A DNA stretch of 59,646 nt, from the IMG/VR virus record IMGVR_UViG_3300005613_000073, positions 1-59,646 of that record, one strand, 5' to 3'. Below are positions 27,997 through 36,712 of this stretch, in pieces. A program made the translations under genes and the position numbers. Positions within the stretch are counted from its first letter, which is position 1. The number at the start of each line of letters is the position of its first letter. The stretch comes from a virus (taxonomy: Duplodnaviria; Caudoviricetes). The notes under the pieces were generated by a model. It was not told where the DNA came from. It worked only from the letters and a program-made list of their open reading frames with translations, and searched no databases.

Positions 27997-28318
27997 GATA
28001 CTTAATTTTAAAGGCCTTAAAAACGAAGAAAGCAGATTGGACAACTTGGATCTCTCTTCACCTATTGGACAGATTGCTCAGAAATTTAAGGATGGAGAGC
28101 TTGACACAAGATACCAGGTAGCTTTGATACTTGCTGCTCTGGATATCAGTCTTGTTCTTGAAGCAGATCTTAAGGCAAAGAAAACAATGATAATTCATAA
28201 GAGAGATATCATCAGGAGACAGATCTCTCAGGAACTGCTCACAGTTGTCAAGACTCATCTGGATACTGCATCAGACTTGATAGTTGCTGAAGAGACAGAG
28301 GTTGAAAATCCTGAATAG
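27989..28318 (+). CDS. Hypothetical protein
   Basis: GGAGG RBS before ATG at 27989. Confidence 0.65.
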   Translation: MAKILNFKGLKNEESRLDNLDLSSPIGQIAQKFKDGELDTRYQVALILAALDISLVLEADLKAKKTMIIHKRDIIRRQISQELLTVVKTHLDTASDLIVAEETEVENPE

Positions 28319-28330
28319 ATAAGTTATTAT
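28302..28330 (+). promoter_or_regulatory. Putative late promoter upstream of terminase genes
   Basis: TTGAAA-17 bp-TATTAT. Confidence 0.5.
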
Positions 28331-28343
28331 TGATAGTGTGGAC

Positions 28344-28384
28344 AGGTGCAGCATTTTCCTACCATCTTTAGTGCTGTGCCTTTT
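28344..28384 (+). terminator. Leader hairpin / possible attenuator before terS
   Basis: AGGTGCAGCATT...AGTGCTGTGCCT stem followed by TTT. Confidence 0.4.
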
Positions 28385-28402
28385 CCGCATCAAGGGGGAC
28401 AC

Positions 28403-28984
28403 GTGAAGCATTTAACTGAGCAGCAAGCATTGTTTGTGGCTGAATACCTGAAAGACAGGAACAGGTATAGAGCTCATGAAGTTGCTTATGGCAATAGAGA
28501 TCCTGGCAATACCGGCAAGGTCTTTAAGAATAAGAAAGTTAAAGCAGCAATTGCAAGGATATCCAAGCGTATGCAGAGAGAGGCTAAGGCCAATGCTCTC
28601 GATGTTTTAAAAGAATTAATGAAGCTTGCCTTCTCGGACATTTCGGATTATGTAGAGGTTTACCAGGAGAAGGATCCGAAGACAGGCAAACTTAGAACAG
28701 TGTTCAGTGTGAAGCCTGAAGATGAATGGTCTGACACATCTGCTTGTATCCAGGAGATAGCCTGGAAGAAAGGTCAAGTCAGTGTAAAGCTTTACGACAA
28801 GAAAGCAGCTCTGGATAGTATAGCTAAGCATTTAGGTATGTATCTGGATAAGATTGAACATTCAGGAAAGATCACAGCTGACACAATTGTCCAGGTCATG
28901 ACAGGCATCACTCGACAGCCTACTGATCCTGTGCCTGAACTTCCTGATAAATATGATCCAGAGAATGACCCATGCCTACAATAG
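28403..28984 (+). CDS. terS: Terminase small subunit
   Basis: LTEQQALFVAEYLKD.N, VLKELMKLAFSD, VKLYDKKAALDSIAKHLGM; GTG start after AGGGGG. Confidence 0.9.
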   Translation: MKHLTEQQALFVAEYLKDRNRYRAHEVAYGNRDPGNTGKVFKNKKVKAAIARISKRMQREAKANALDVLKELMKLAFSDISDYVEVYQEKDPKTGKLRTVFSVKPEDEWSDTSACIQEIAWKKGQVSVKLYDKKAALDSIAKHLGMYLDKIEHSGKITADTIVQVMTGITRQPTDPVPELPDKYDPENDPCLQ

Positions 28985-30300
28985 CTGTTGATACGGGATA
29001 CAGGCCTAACATCTATCAGCAGTATATCCACGATCACCTTAAAAGGTTTTCAATCCTTGTATGTCACAGAAGATTCGGTAAGACCATACTGGCTATCAAT
29101 GCCTTGATTGATTCAGCAATCCGAAGCAAGAAGGTGCTGCCTAAGTATGGATACATTGCTCCTCAGCGTAATCAGGCGAAGATGATTGCATGGGACTACT
29201 TGAAGTATTACACCAGGAACTTCCCTGGCATCAAGGTCAATGAGTCTGAACTCAAGGTTACCTTCCTGCACAATTCAGCATCTGTCACATTGTATGGAGC
29301 TGACAATCCTGACTCTATTAGGGGTGGATACTATGATGGTGTTGTGCTTGATGAAGAAGCGGACATGAAGCCTGATATGTGGACTAAGGTAGTCTGGCCA
29401 ATGATTACAGATAGGCAAGGCTGGGTGCTGTTCATCGGAACACCGAAAGGTCAAAACCAATTCTACAATAAGTACAATGCAGCTCTTAAAGATCCTGATT
29501 GGTTCGCAGGGATATATCCTATCTGGGATACAGTTGATAACATCTCCTGGCTGAACAGAGAGGATATCATAAAGATTCAGAACGATCCTAATGTTGATGA
29601 AGCTACATTCAGGCAAGAGTGGGAGTGTGACTTCACTGCTTCATGTGATAATACTTTAATCACTATAGATATGGTCAACGCAGCCAGAGGTAAGAACTTG
29701 ATGCTGCATGAATATGATTATGCTCCAAAGGTCATAGGTGTGGATGTTGCCAGGTACGGAAGTGATTCTTCTGTAATCTTCAGAAGGCAGGGTCGAGCTA
29801 CCTGGAAACCTGCAAGATATAACAGAGTTGATAATATAACATTAGCTAACTATGTGATGCACGATACCAGGGATTTCAAGTCCGATGCTGTGTTCATTGA
29901 TGGTGGGAGAGGAGAAGGCGTAATTGATTACATGAGAAGTTTGCACCATTCACCAGTTGAAATACAGTTTGGAGGCAAAGCTCCAGATCCTAATCACTAT
30001 GTAAACATGAAAGCTTACATGTGGGATAAAATGAAACTGTGGCTTATCCAGGGTGGAACACTTCCTGATGATGATATACTCTGTCAACAGTTGACAGCAG
30101 TAACTTACTCTTTCGATTCGTCGAGCAGGCTGAAGCTTGAAAGTAAGCAGGATCTGAAGAAGAGATTAGGCTGGTCACCTGATGAAGCTGATGCATTAGC
30201 ATTGACTTTTGCAGCAGAAGTGGAGAGAGATGTTAGAGATCCGATGCTTTCATTCTTGAGACCACATACCAATGTGAATAATGAATACGATGTATTATAG
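28972..30300 (+). CDS. terL: Terminase large subunit
   Basis: Walker A CHRRFGKT, Walker B VVLDE, FIGTPKG, nuclease GVDVARYGSD and SPDEADALAL. Confidence 0.96.
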   Translation: MPTIAVDTGYRPNIYQQYIHDHLKRFSILVCHRRFGKTILAINALIDSAIRSKKVLPKYGYIAPQRNQAKMIAWDYLKYYTRNFPGIKVNESELKVTFLHNSASVTLYGADNPDSIRGGYYDGVVLDEEADMKPDMWTKVVWPMITDRQGWVLFIGTPKGQNQFYNKYNAALKDPDWFAGIYPIWDTVDNISWLNREDIIKIQNDPNVDEATFRQEWECDFTASCDNTLITIDMVNAARGKNLMLHEYDYAPKVIGVDVARYGSDSSVIFRRQGRATWKPARYNRVDNITLANYVMHDTRDFKSDAVFIDGGRGEGVIDYMRSLHHSPVEIQFGGKAPDPNHYVNMKAYMWDKMKLWLIQGGTLPDDDILCQQLTAVTYSFDSSSRLKLESKQDLKKRLGWSPDEADALALTFAAEVERDVRDPMLSFLRPHTNVNNEYDVL

Positions 30301-30329
30301 TTGCAATCTGTGTTATAGTAAGCTATATT
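30301..30329 (+). promoter_or_regulatory. Putative sigma70 promoter
   Basis: TTGCAA-17 bp-TATATT, 20 bp before the next ATG. Confidence 0.5.
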
Positions 30330-30348
30330 TGATGTAGGGGGTATAATT

Positions 30349-30609
30349 ATGTGCACACCGGTAATAGCAGCAATACTGACAAGTGCGGTAGCTGTAAAAT
30401 CGCTAGTCAGTAAGAATAAAACTCCTGATGCTCCGGCTCAGGCAACAATGCCAGAGACTATGAAGCAAGCGGACTCTAGGGTATCCTTAGCAAGGGATAG
30501 ATCTAAGAGACAAGCTGCTTTAATCGGCATGGGTGGAACAAATAGGACAGGTGGACTTGGATTACTTTCAGGTGCTACCTTAACTACTAAAACATTGCTA
30601 GGCCAATGA
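30349..30609 (+). CDS. Small virion protein preceding portal
   Basis: MC start; ends TGGLG...KTLLGQ, typical of podoviral pre-portal proteins. Confidence 0.75.
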   Translation: MCTPVIAAILTSAVAVKSLVSKNKTPDAPAQATMPETMKQADSRVSLARDRSKRQAALIGMGGTNRTGGLGLLSGATLTTKTLLGQ

Positions 30610-30737
30610 GCGATTATAGTGTAGAGCTAATAAAGTTCGCTAAGCGGACTATAAGTATATTCCTGAAGATTTGTAACGATAAGGAATTGAGAGAGATAGA
30701 GATCTGGGTAAACCAGGAAAAGAGAAATAGAGAGTAA
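30606..30737 (+). CDS. Hypothetical protein, 43 aa
   Basis: ATGA overlap; MSDYSVELIKFAKRTISIFLKICNDKE... Confidence 0.45.
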   Translation: MSDYSVELIKFAKRTISIFLKICNDKELREIEIWVNQEKRNRE

Positions 30738-30752
30738 CTTAGACTTTTAAGC

Positions 30753-30814
30753 AAAAGAAACTAGGCCTCAGAACAAGTACAATCATTTGTGCTATTCTGA
30801 GGCTTTTTCTTTTT
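30753..30814 (+). terminator. Long hairpin / terminator just before the portal RBS
   Basis: GCCTCAGAA...TTCTGAGGC then TTTTTCTTTT; upstream AAAAGAAA can extend the stem. Confidence 0.65.
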
Positions 30815-30824
30815 AGGGGATTAC

Positions 30825-32501
30825 ATGAAGCCAAATGCAGAACTAAAGAAGCAGATTGATGCCAGATGGAGCGAGCTGGATAAGCAGTTTTCCACCTGGG
30901 AGCAGCATTACATGGAAGTTAAACAGAATGTACTTCCCTGGAATGGCCGAGGGCTAGATCATCAGGGGACTTATGAATATAACAGGGGTGACAAAAAGCA
31001 GCAGAAGATATTTGACTCTGTGCCTTCAAGAGCATTGGGTGTTCTTGCATCAGGTATGCAATCAGGACTGACAAGTCCAGCCAGACCCTGGTTCATAATT
31101 AAGCCTAGTAATCCTGATCTGAATGATGTGTATACTGTAAAGAAATATGTTGATGAAGTCACAAGAAGAATGCTCACTGTCTTTGGCAAGAGTAATCTTT
31201 ATAACAGCTTGCATCAGTTGTACATTGAGCTGGCAGGATTTGGAACAGCATCAATGGCTGTGCAGCAGGACTTCAATGATATTATAAGATGCAGAACTTT
31301 TACTACTGGAGAGTTCAGGCTGATCCTTGATCACCATGGAAGAGTTACAGGATTTTACAGAAAGTATAACAGCACAATAGGCCAGGTAGTGGAGCAGTTT
31401 GGTAAAGAGAATTGTTCTGAAGCTGTTGTGAAAGCTTATGATCTTGGTAAGCTTGAAGATGCTGTTCGAATTGGACATATCATTGAGAAGAACGATAGCA
31501 GAATTAAGATAAAAGAAATACTGAACAGGCCTTTCAGATCTATTTATTATGAGATTGGTAAAGAGAACCTGGGGCTTTTAGAGATATCAGGATATGAAGA
31601 AATGCCGGTTATGGGATGTAGATGGAATCCTGTGGCCAATGATACATATAGCACAAGTCCGTCAATGGATATGCTGCCAGATATAAAGACATTGTATAAA
31701 CTCGTAAAGAAATACTTGATAGCTACAGATAAAGTGATAGACCCACCATTAAAAGCTTCAAGTTCATTAAGAAAAAGTATGATTAATCTGATACCTGGCG
31801 GAGTAACATTCTATAACGATATGAATGGTTCAGGCGGACTTGAACCTTTGTACAATGTAAACTTTGATTTAAATGCTGCCCAGGCTAAGATCTTAGACCT
31901 GAGACAGTCAATCAGTCAAGGCTATTATAATGATCTGTTCCTGATGCTTGCAGGACTTCCACCTAATCATCAGATGACAGCTACTGAAGTAGCACAAAGA
32001 CATGAAGAGAAACTTATGATGCTTGGTACAGTTATCCATAGACTCCATAGTGAATTGTTGAATCCTTTGATTGATAGAACATATAACATTATGTACAGAA
32101 TGGGAGCCTTGCCTGAAGCACCTGTGGAATTGCAGGGTGCAGATCTTAAGATAGAATACATTAGTATCCTTGCTCAAGCTCAGAAGATGGTAGGTATAAC
32201 CGGAATGGAAAGATTTCTCGGATTTGCCGGAAACATATCTTCAGTATTCCCTGAGGTTCTGGACAAGATTAATCCTGATGAAGCTCTGGATGAATACGCT
32301 GATGCTCAAGGTGTTGCAGCCAGTGTGCTCAGACCTGATGAGGAAGTTCAAGCTATCAGGGAGCAGAGAAGGCTACAGCAGGAACAGCAGGCAAATGCTG
32401 AAGCTGCACTTGCAGTAGCAGATGGAGCAAAGACTTTAAGTGAAACACCCGTTGGTAATAACTCAGCATTAGATATGCTAATGAATAGGCCTCAACAATG
32501 A
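30825..32501 (+). CDS. Portal / head-tail connector (BPP-1-like)
   Basis: LASGMQSGLTSPARPWF, SNLY, GFGTA, MTATEVAQRHEEKLMMLG, IEYISILAQAQK. Confidence 0.95.
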   Translation: MKPNAELKKQIDARWSELDKQFSTWEQHYMEVKQNVLPWNGRGLDHQGTYEYNRGDKKQQKIFDSVPSRALGVLASGMQSGLTSPARPWFIIKPSNPDLNDVYTVKKYVDEVTRRMLTVFGKSNLYNSLHQLYIELAGFGTASMAVQQDFNDIIRCRTFTTGEFRLILDHHGRVTGFYRKYNSTIGQVVEQFGKENCSEAVVKAYDLGKLEDAVRIGHIIEKNDSRIKIKEILNRPFRSIYYEIGKENLGLLEISGYEEMPVMGCRWNPVANDTYSTSPSMDMLPDIKTLYKLVKKYLIATDKVIDPPLKASSSLRKSMINLIPGGVTFYNDMNGSGGLEPLYNVNFDLNAAQAKILDLRQSISQGYYNDLFLMLAGLPPNHQMTATEVAQRHEEKLMMLGTVIHRLHSELLNPLIDRTYNIMYRMGALPEAPVELQGADLKIEYISILAQAQKMVGITGMERFLGFAGNISSVFPEVLDKINPDEALDEYADAQGVAASVLRPDEEVQAIREQRRLQQEQQANAEAALAVADGAKTLSETPVGNNSALDMLMNRPQQ

Positions 32502-32821
32502 TTGATAGAGAATTAGTACTTAAACAGATCAATGAACTGCAAGCCATTAAAACAGTAATGCAGACAAAACAAGGAAGATCAGTAATGTTCAATATCCTGG
32601 AAAGGTGTGGAGTGTATAGATCCATTATGACAGGATCCTCTAAAACTTTCTACCTGGCAGGTAAACAGGATATGGGACATGAGATATTAGCTTTGCTGCT
32701 TCAGGCAGATCCTGAAAGCTATAAACAAATGGAAACCGAACATTTAATAAAAGGAGAATCTCACCTGGAGAATCTCCAAAGAAAACTAACGGAGGACAGT
32801 GATGGAAGATCAAAACGTTGA
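32498..32821 (+). CDS. Bbp19-like phage protein
   Basis: VMQTKQGR.V...LERCGVYR...TFYLAGKQDMG; follows portal. Confidence 0.75.
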   Translation: MIDRELVLKQINELQAIKTVMQTKQGRSVMFNILERCGVYRSIMTGSSKTFYLAGKQDMGHEILALLLQADPESYKQMETEHLIKGESHLENLQRKLTEDSDGRSKR

Positions 32822-33446
32822 TGTGATGCCTGAGCAGACTAACACCGATCAGGACACTAACAATCAAGATCCGGCTGATGTGATGTATCCTGAAAAAGAT
32901 ACAGAAGTGAAAGAGGAAAAAACAGAAGAACCAGTGAAAGAGGAAAAAACAGAAGAACCAGCTGAAGAAGAGAAAACTGAGGAAAAGCAGACGGATACTG
33001 AAGAAGTAGCTTATGAGTTCAAGGCTCCTGAAGGTATGGAGATGGATGTTGATACTAAACTACTTGAAAGTTTTAAACAGTTTGCTAAGACAGAAAACAT
33101 TTCTCAGGAGTCTTTCCAGAAGCTGGGTGATATGTATGCAGAACGTATGATGGAGATGCAGAAGTCCTACAAAGCTGCTGAAGCTGCACAGCTTGAGAAG
33201 TGGGAAGCGGAGATCAAGGCTATGCCAAACTCTGAAGAATCCCTTGCTCATGCTAAGAACTTCCTTAGCAAGTTTGGGGACGAGGAAACTATTGCTCTTT
33301 ATGAAGCTGAAAAGATAGGCAGTCATCCAGGAACTATTAGGATGCTGGCTAAAGCTGGAGCATTGTTATCCGAGCCTTCAATTAAAGAAGGTGCTGTCTC
33401 TAGTGATTCAGACATTCTGAATACTATGTATAATAATACACCATAA
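32799..33446 (+). CDS. Scaffolding protein
   Basis: Acidic N-terminus with KEEKTEEP repeats, YEFKAPEG, GSHP..IRMLAKAG..LSE; precedes capsid. Confidence 0.82.
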   Translation: MMEDQNVDVMPEQTNTDQDTNNQDPADVMYPEKDTEVKEEKTEEPVKEEKTEEPAEEEKTEEKQTDTEEVAYEFKAPEGMEMDVDTKLLESFKQFAKTENISQESFQKLGDMYAERMMEMQKSYKAAEAAQLEKWEAEIKAMPNSEESLAHAKNFLSKFGDEETIALYEAEKIGSHPGTIRMLAKAGALLSEPSIKEGAVSSDSDILNTMYNNTP

Positions 33447-33458
33447 AGGAGAGACGAT

Positions 33459-34454
33459 ATGTCAACAATTTTAAGTAATGAATGGCCTACCCTTGCGACA
33501 TTAGCAAGGAGAATGGATTCAAAGGGAGCTATAGCAAATATAGCAGAAGTGTTAGAGAAGATGAACCCTATGGTAGAAGATATGCCTTTCATGGAAGGTA
33601 ACCTTCCTACAGGCCATAAGAGTGTTCAGAGAATTACTTTACCAGCTGGTCAGTACAGAGCCTACAATGAAGGTGTAAATGCTGAAAAGAGTGAAACAGA
33701 GGACATCACAGACAACTGTGCTATGATGGAATCTTATGCTGAAGTTGATATGGCTTTAGCAGACCTTAGTGGGAACGCTAAGAGTTTCAGGTACACCGAA
33801 GATCTTGCCTTCATGGAAGGGATGAGTAACACTTTCAGTGATAACATGATCTATGCTAACTATGCTGCCAGTCCTAAGAAGTTTAATGGATTCACAGTAA
33901 GATATAATAGTATATCTACAGACCAGGAAAACAGAGATTTCAATGTTATAGACGGCGGGGGAAGTGGATCAGATAATACTTCTATCTGGCTTGTCAACTG
34001 GAGCCCTCAGTACTGTTTTGGTATTTTCCCGAAAGGATCTAAAGCAGGTATGCAAATGAAAGATCTCGGTCAAAAGACTAAAGTTATGGATGATGGTTCC
34101 CAGATGGAAATCTATAGAAGCCATTACAAATGGGATCATGGACTTGTAATCAGAGACTGGAGATATGTTGTAAGAATAGCTAATATAGACTATTCAGACC
34201 TTGCAGGCGGTTCAGCAGCTAACTTAGTTAACTTGCTTATCGATGCTCAGGAAAGAATCCCTACTACTGGCTTATCAAGACCTGTTCTTTATTGCAACAG
34301 ACAGATCCTTTCTTACCTCAGAAAGCAGATCATTGCTAAGTCTAATGTTAATCTTACCTTTGAAAATGTTGCTGGTAAAAGAGTAACAATGTTTGACGGT
34401 ATTCCAATACGCAGATGTGATTCAATTATGAACACAGAAAGCACAGTATCATAA
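33459..34454 (+). CDS. Major capsid protein (BPP-1 Bbp17-like)
   Basis: EGNLPTGH, SYAEVD..LAD, DNTSIWLV.W, RDWRYVVRIANID, FDGIPIRRCD. Confidence 0.92.
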   Translation: MSTILSNEWPTLATLARRMDSKGAIANIAEVLEKMNPMVEDMPFMEGNLPTGHKSVQRITLPAGQYRAYNEGVNAEKSETEDITDNCAMMESYAEVDMALADLSGNAKSFRYTEDLAFMEGMSNTFSDNMIYANYAASPKKFNGFTVRYNSISTDQENRDFNVIDGGGSGSDNTSIWLVNWSPQYCFGIFPKGSKAGMQMKDLGQKTKVMDDGSQMEIYRSHYKWDHGLVIRDWRYVVRIANIDYSDLAGGSAANLVNLLIDAQERIPTTGLSRPVLYCNRQILSYLRKQIIAKSNVNLTFENVAGKRVTMFDGIPIRRCDSIMNTESTVS

Positions 34455-34464
34455 GGGGGAAATA

Positions 34465-34857
34465 ATGTTTGATAAACTATTACAATTCAGTGCATCTCAG
34501 GCAGTACTAGCTACAGCAGTAGGTGATGGTATTGCTCAGGTTGAAGCAGGTGATGCTTATAAAGGTTTGTTCTTTGAGGTTCAGATCCCTGAAGCTTATT
34601 CCGGTGGCACGTCAGTTAAGATCCAGCTCATGACAGCAGCTACTAAAGATGAGATTGATGCAGGAACAGGAACAGTGCTTATTGATTCTGGAGCTATTGC
34701 AGTTGCAGATCTTACACTTAATGCCAGACCGATAGTCCAGAGAGTTCCTTTTGGAATGAAAAAGTATTTAGGTGTCTACTACACAGTAGTTGGCTCACCG
34801 ACAGCAGGAAAAATCTCTGCTCATCTTAGAGCTGATGTTCCTCTTAACCAATCATAA
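34465..34857 (+). CDS. Capsid cement/decoration protein (Bbp16-like)
   Basis: FD.LLQFS.SQAV.ATA...YLGVYYTV.G.PTAGKISA; directly after capsid. Confidence 0.8.
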   Translation: MFDKLLQFSASQAVLATAVGDGIAQVEAGDAYKGLFFEVQIPEAYSGGTSVKIQLMTAATKDEIDAGTGTVLIDSGAIAVADLTLNARPIVQRVPFGMKKYLGVYYTVVGSPTAGKISAHLRADVPLNQS

Positions 34858-34868
34858 GGAGATTGAAA

Positions 34869-35696
34869 ATGAATAAATTATTAGTAACTTTTATATTAGT
34901 CCTTTTAGTTTGTTCTGTGCCAGGTGCTTCTGCATCTTGGTACAGAGCTGACAGAACAGCTCTTGTGAGTGATGTTCTTTATACTAAAGGTGAGTTTTAC
35001 TATGGCGCTTCTAATCCTTCCTCGAGCTATTTCACTACAGTAGAGGCAGCAGATTACACTACCAGCTATTTTGGTGATACTAAGATAGATCTTGATGGTG
35101 TTGTGTATACTCAGAGCACAGGTAGATCATTAGCTAATGTGCATGTATCCGCTTCATCCTACAAATTCCTGAAAGGTTTTACAGTTGATGGTTCTGCTTC
35201 TAACTTCAATGAAGCAGGTGGAGATTATGACTTTAAGATCGAAGGTGATACAGACACAGCTTTATTCTATGTAGATGCCGGTAATGATAGAATCGGTATC
35301 TCTACTTCCACACCTGCGACAGCTTTTGAAGTTCAAGGGACATCAACAGTTGATGCAATTACAATCGGTGGAGCAGTATCTCAGGATGCTGGTGCGGTAG
35401 CTTTCAATGAAGCTGGTGCAGACTATGACTTTAAAGTTGAAGGTGACACAGAAGCCAGTTTACTTTATGTAAATGCAGGGACAGATAATGTAGGTATAGG
35501 AACTAATGCACCTACTGCTACCTCCATACTTGATGCAGCCGGTACAGTAGAAGCCACTTGTTTCAGAATTGAAGCAGCTTCCACACCTGGTGACTCTACA
35601 GAAGTTGGAGTATTGGGCGAAATGAAATTCGATGCAGATTATATATATATTTATACTACCGATGGCTGGGAACGAGTAGCTATCGCAGCATGGTGA
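34869..35696 (+). CDS. Fibre-like protein with N-terminal signal peptide
   Basis: MNKLLVTFILVLLVCSVPGASA then SWY; two FNEAG.DYDFK.EGDT...GI.T repeats; C-terminal G..GEMKFDADYIYIY...W.RVAI..W. Confidence 0.7.
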   Translation: MNKLLVTFILVLLVCSVPGASASWYRADRTALVSDVLYTKGEFYYGASNPSSSYFTTVEAADYTTSYFGDTKIDLDGVVYTQSTGRSLANVHVSASSYKFLKGFTVDGSASNFNEAGGDYDFKIEGDTDTALFYVDAGNDRIGISTSTPATAFEVQGTSTVDAITIGGAVSQDAGAVAFNEAGADYDFKVEGDTEASLLYVNAGTDNVGIGTNAPTATSILDAAGTVEATCFRIEAASTPGDSTEVGVLGEMKFDADYIYIYTTDGWERVAIAAW

Positions 35697-35705
35697 GGAG
35701 GATAG

Positions 35706-36050
35706 ATGCCGATTAAAACAGTTAAAAATCAAGGTGAATTAGCACATTGTATCAATGACACTTTCCAGAACGGGCATATGTTCCAGAGAGGATATTCATA
35801 TCCTGTGCCAATGGTACTGAAAGATGTTCATGTAAGTGGGTACAAATTCTTTGAGAACCTTCCAGCTAAAGCAATGAAGCTTTATGAAGAATGGAAGAAA
35901 GAAAAGGATGAATTGAAATCCGTTAATGAAGCTAACGAAAGTGAAGTTATCCAGCTCAAGAGAGTGGTAGCAGAGCTTAAGGCTCAGAACGAAAAGCTGA
36001 TTGCTAAATGTGAAGCACAAATGGCAGCACAGCCTAAGTTTAAAAAGTAA
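35706..36050 (+). CDS. Hypothetical virion-module protein with C-terminal coiled coil
   Basis: GGAGG RBS; 114 aa. Confidence 0.7.
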   Translation: MPIKTVKNQGELAHCINDTFQNGHMFQRGYSYPVPMVLKDVHVSGYKFFENLPAKAMKLYEEWKKEKDELKSVNEANESEVIQLKRVVAELKAQNEKLIAKCEAQMAAQPKFKK

Positions 36051-36058
36051 GTTAAGAT

Positions 36059-36083
36059 AGGGGGGATTAATTTCCCTCCTTTT
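36059..36083 (+). terminator. Terminator ending the head module
   Basis: AGGGGGGA-TTAATT-TCCCTCCT followed by TTT. Confidence 0.6.
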
Positions 36084-36098
36084 CCTGAAGGGGGTTGT

Positions 36099-36710
36099 AT
36101 GGCTAAGACTAAGATAGATGCGTGTAATATGGCTCTTGCTCATTTAGGGCAGAGTAAAATTCAAAACCTTCTGGAGAAAAATCCTTCTTCCAGGTTCTGC
36201 AACTTGTTCTTTGATGCAGTCCTTGAAGCTGTCCTATCTGATTATACCTGGAGTTTTGCAACTAAGTTCTCTGATGTGCTTGCTGAAGTATCAGGTGAAA
36301 CTACTGAATACAGTTATGTATACTCCATACCTTCTGATATATTGCTACCGATTAAGCTTGTCATAGTCAATGAGTCTGATGCCTCTGAGATTATAGACTG
36401 GTCAACGATAACAAAGAATGAAATAGCATATGAGATTATTGGTGACTACCTGCATACAAACGAATCGAATGTGAAGTTATTGTATATTTTTAAAAATGAA
36501 AACACAGCTAAGCAGAATAGTATATTCTACATAGCTTTCAGTTATAAGCTGGCATCAATGCTGGCTATGCCATTGACCAATAAGAAAGATCTTAAAGTGA
36601 CAATGGAACAATTCTATCAAGCTGAAGTAGCTAAAGCCAGAGCAGCTGATACTTCTACAGATAGAACTGAGTTAAGACTGGGTTATGACCTGGTTGATGC
36701 GAGAGATTAA
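36099..36710 (+). CDS. Tail adaptor (P22 gp4 / T7 gp11-like)
   Basis: DACNMALAHLG, W.FATK, YVYSIPSD.L, F..AFSYKLA..LAMPLT. Confidence 0.88.
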   Translation: MAKTKIDACNMALAHLGQSKIQNLLEKNPSSRFCNLFFDAVLEAVLSDYTWSFATKFSDVLAEVSGETTEYSYVYSIPSDILLPIKLVIVNESDASEIIDWSTITKNEIAYEIIGDYLHTNESNVKLLYIFKNENTAKQNSIFYIAFSYKLASMLAMPLTNKKDLKVTMEQFYQAEVAKARAADTSTDRTELRLGYDLVDARD

Positions 36711-36712
36711 AT

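Noticed and set aside
32907-32985. 27-bp tandem repeat (KEEKTEEP) in the scaffold gene
   Set aside because: Ordinary low-complexity expansion in a disordered scaffold N-terminus.
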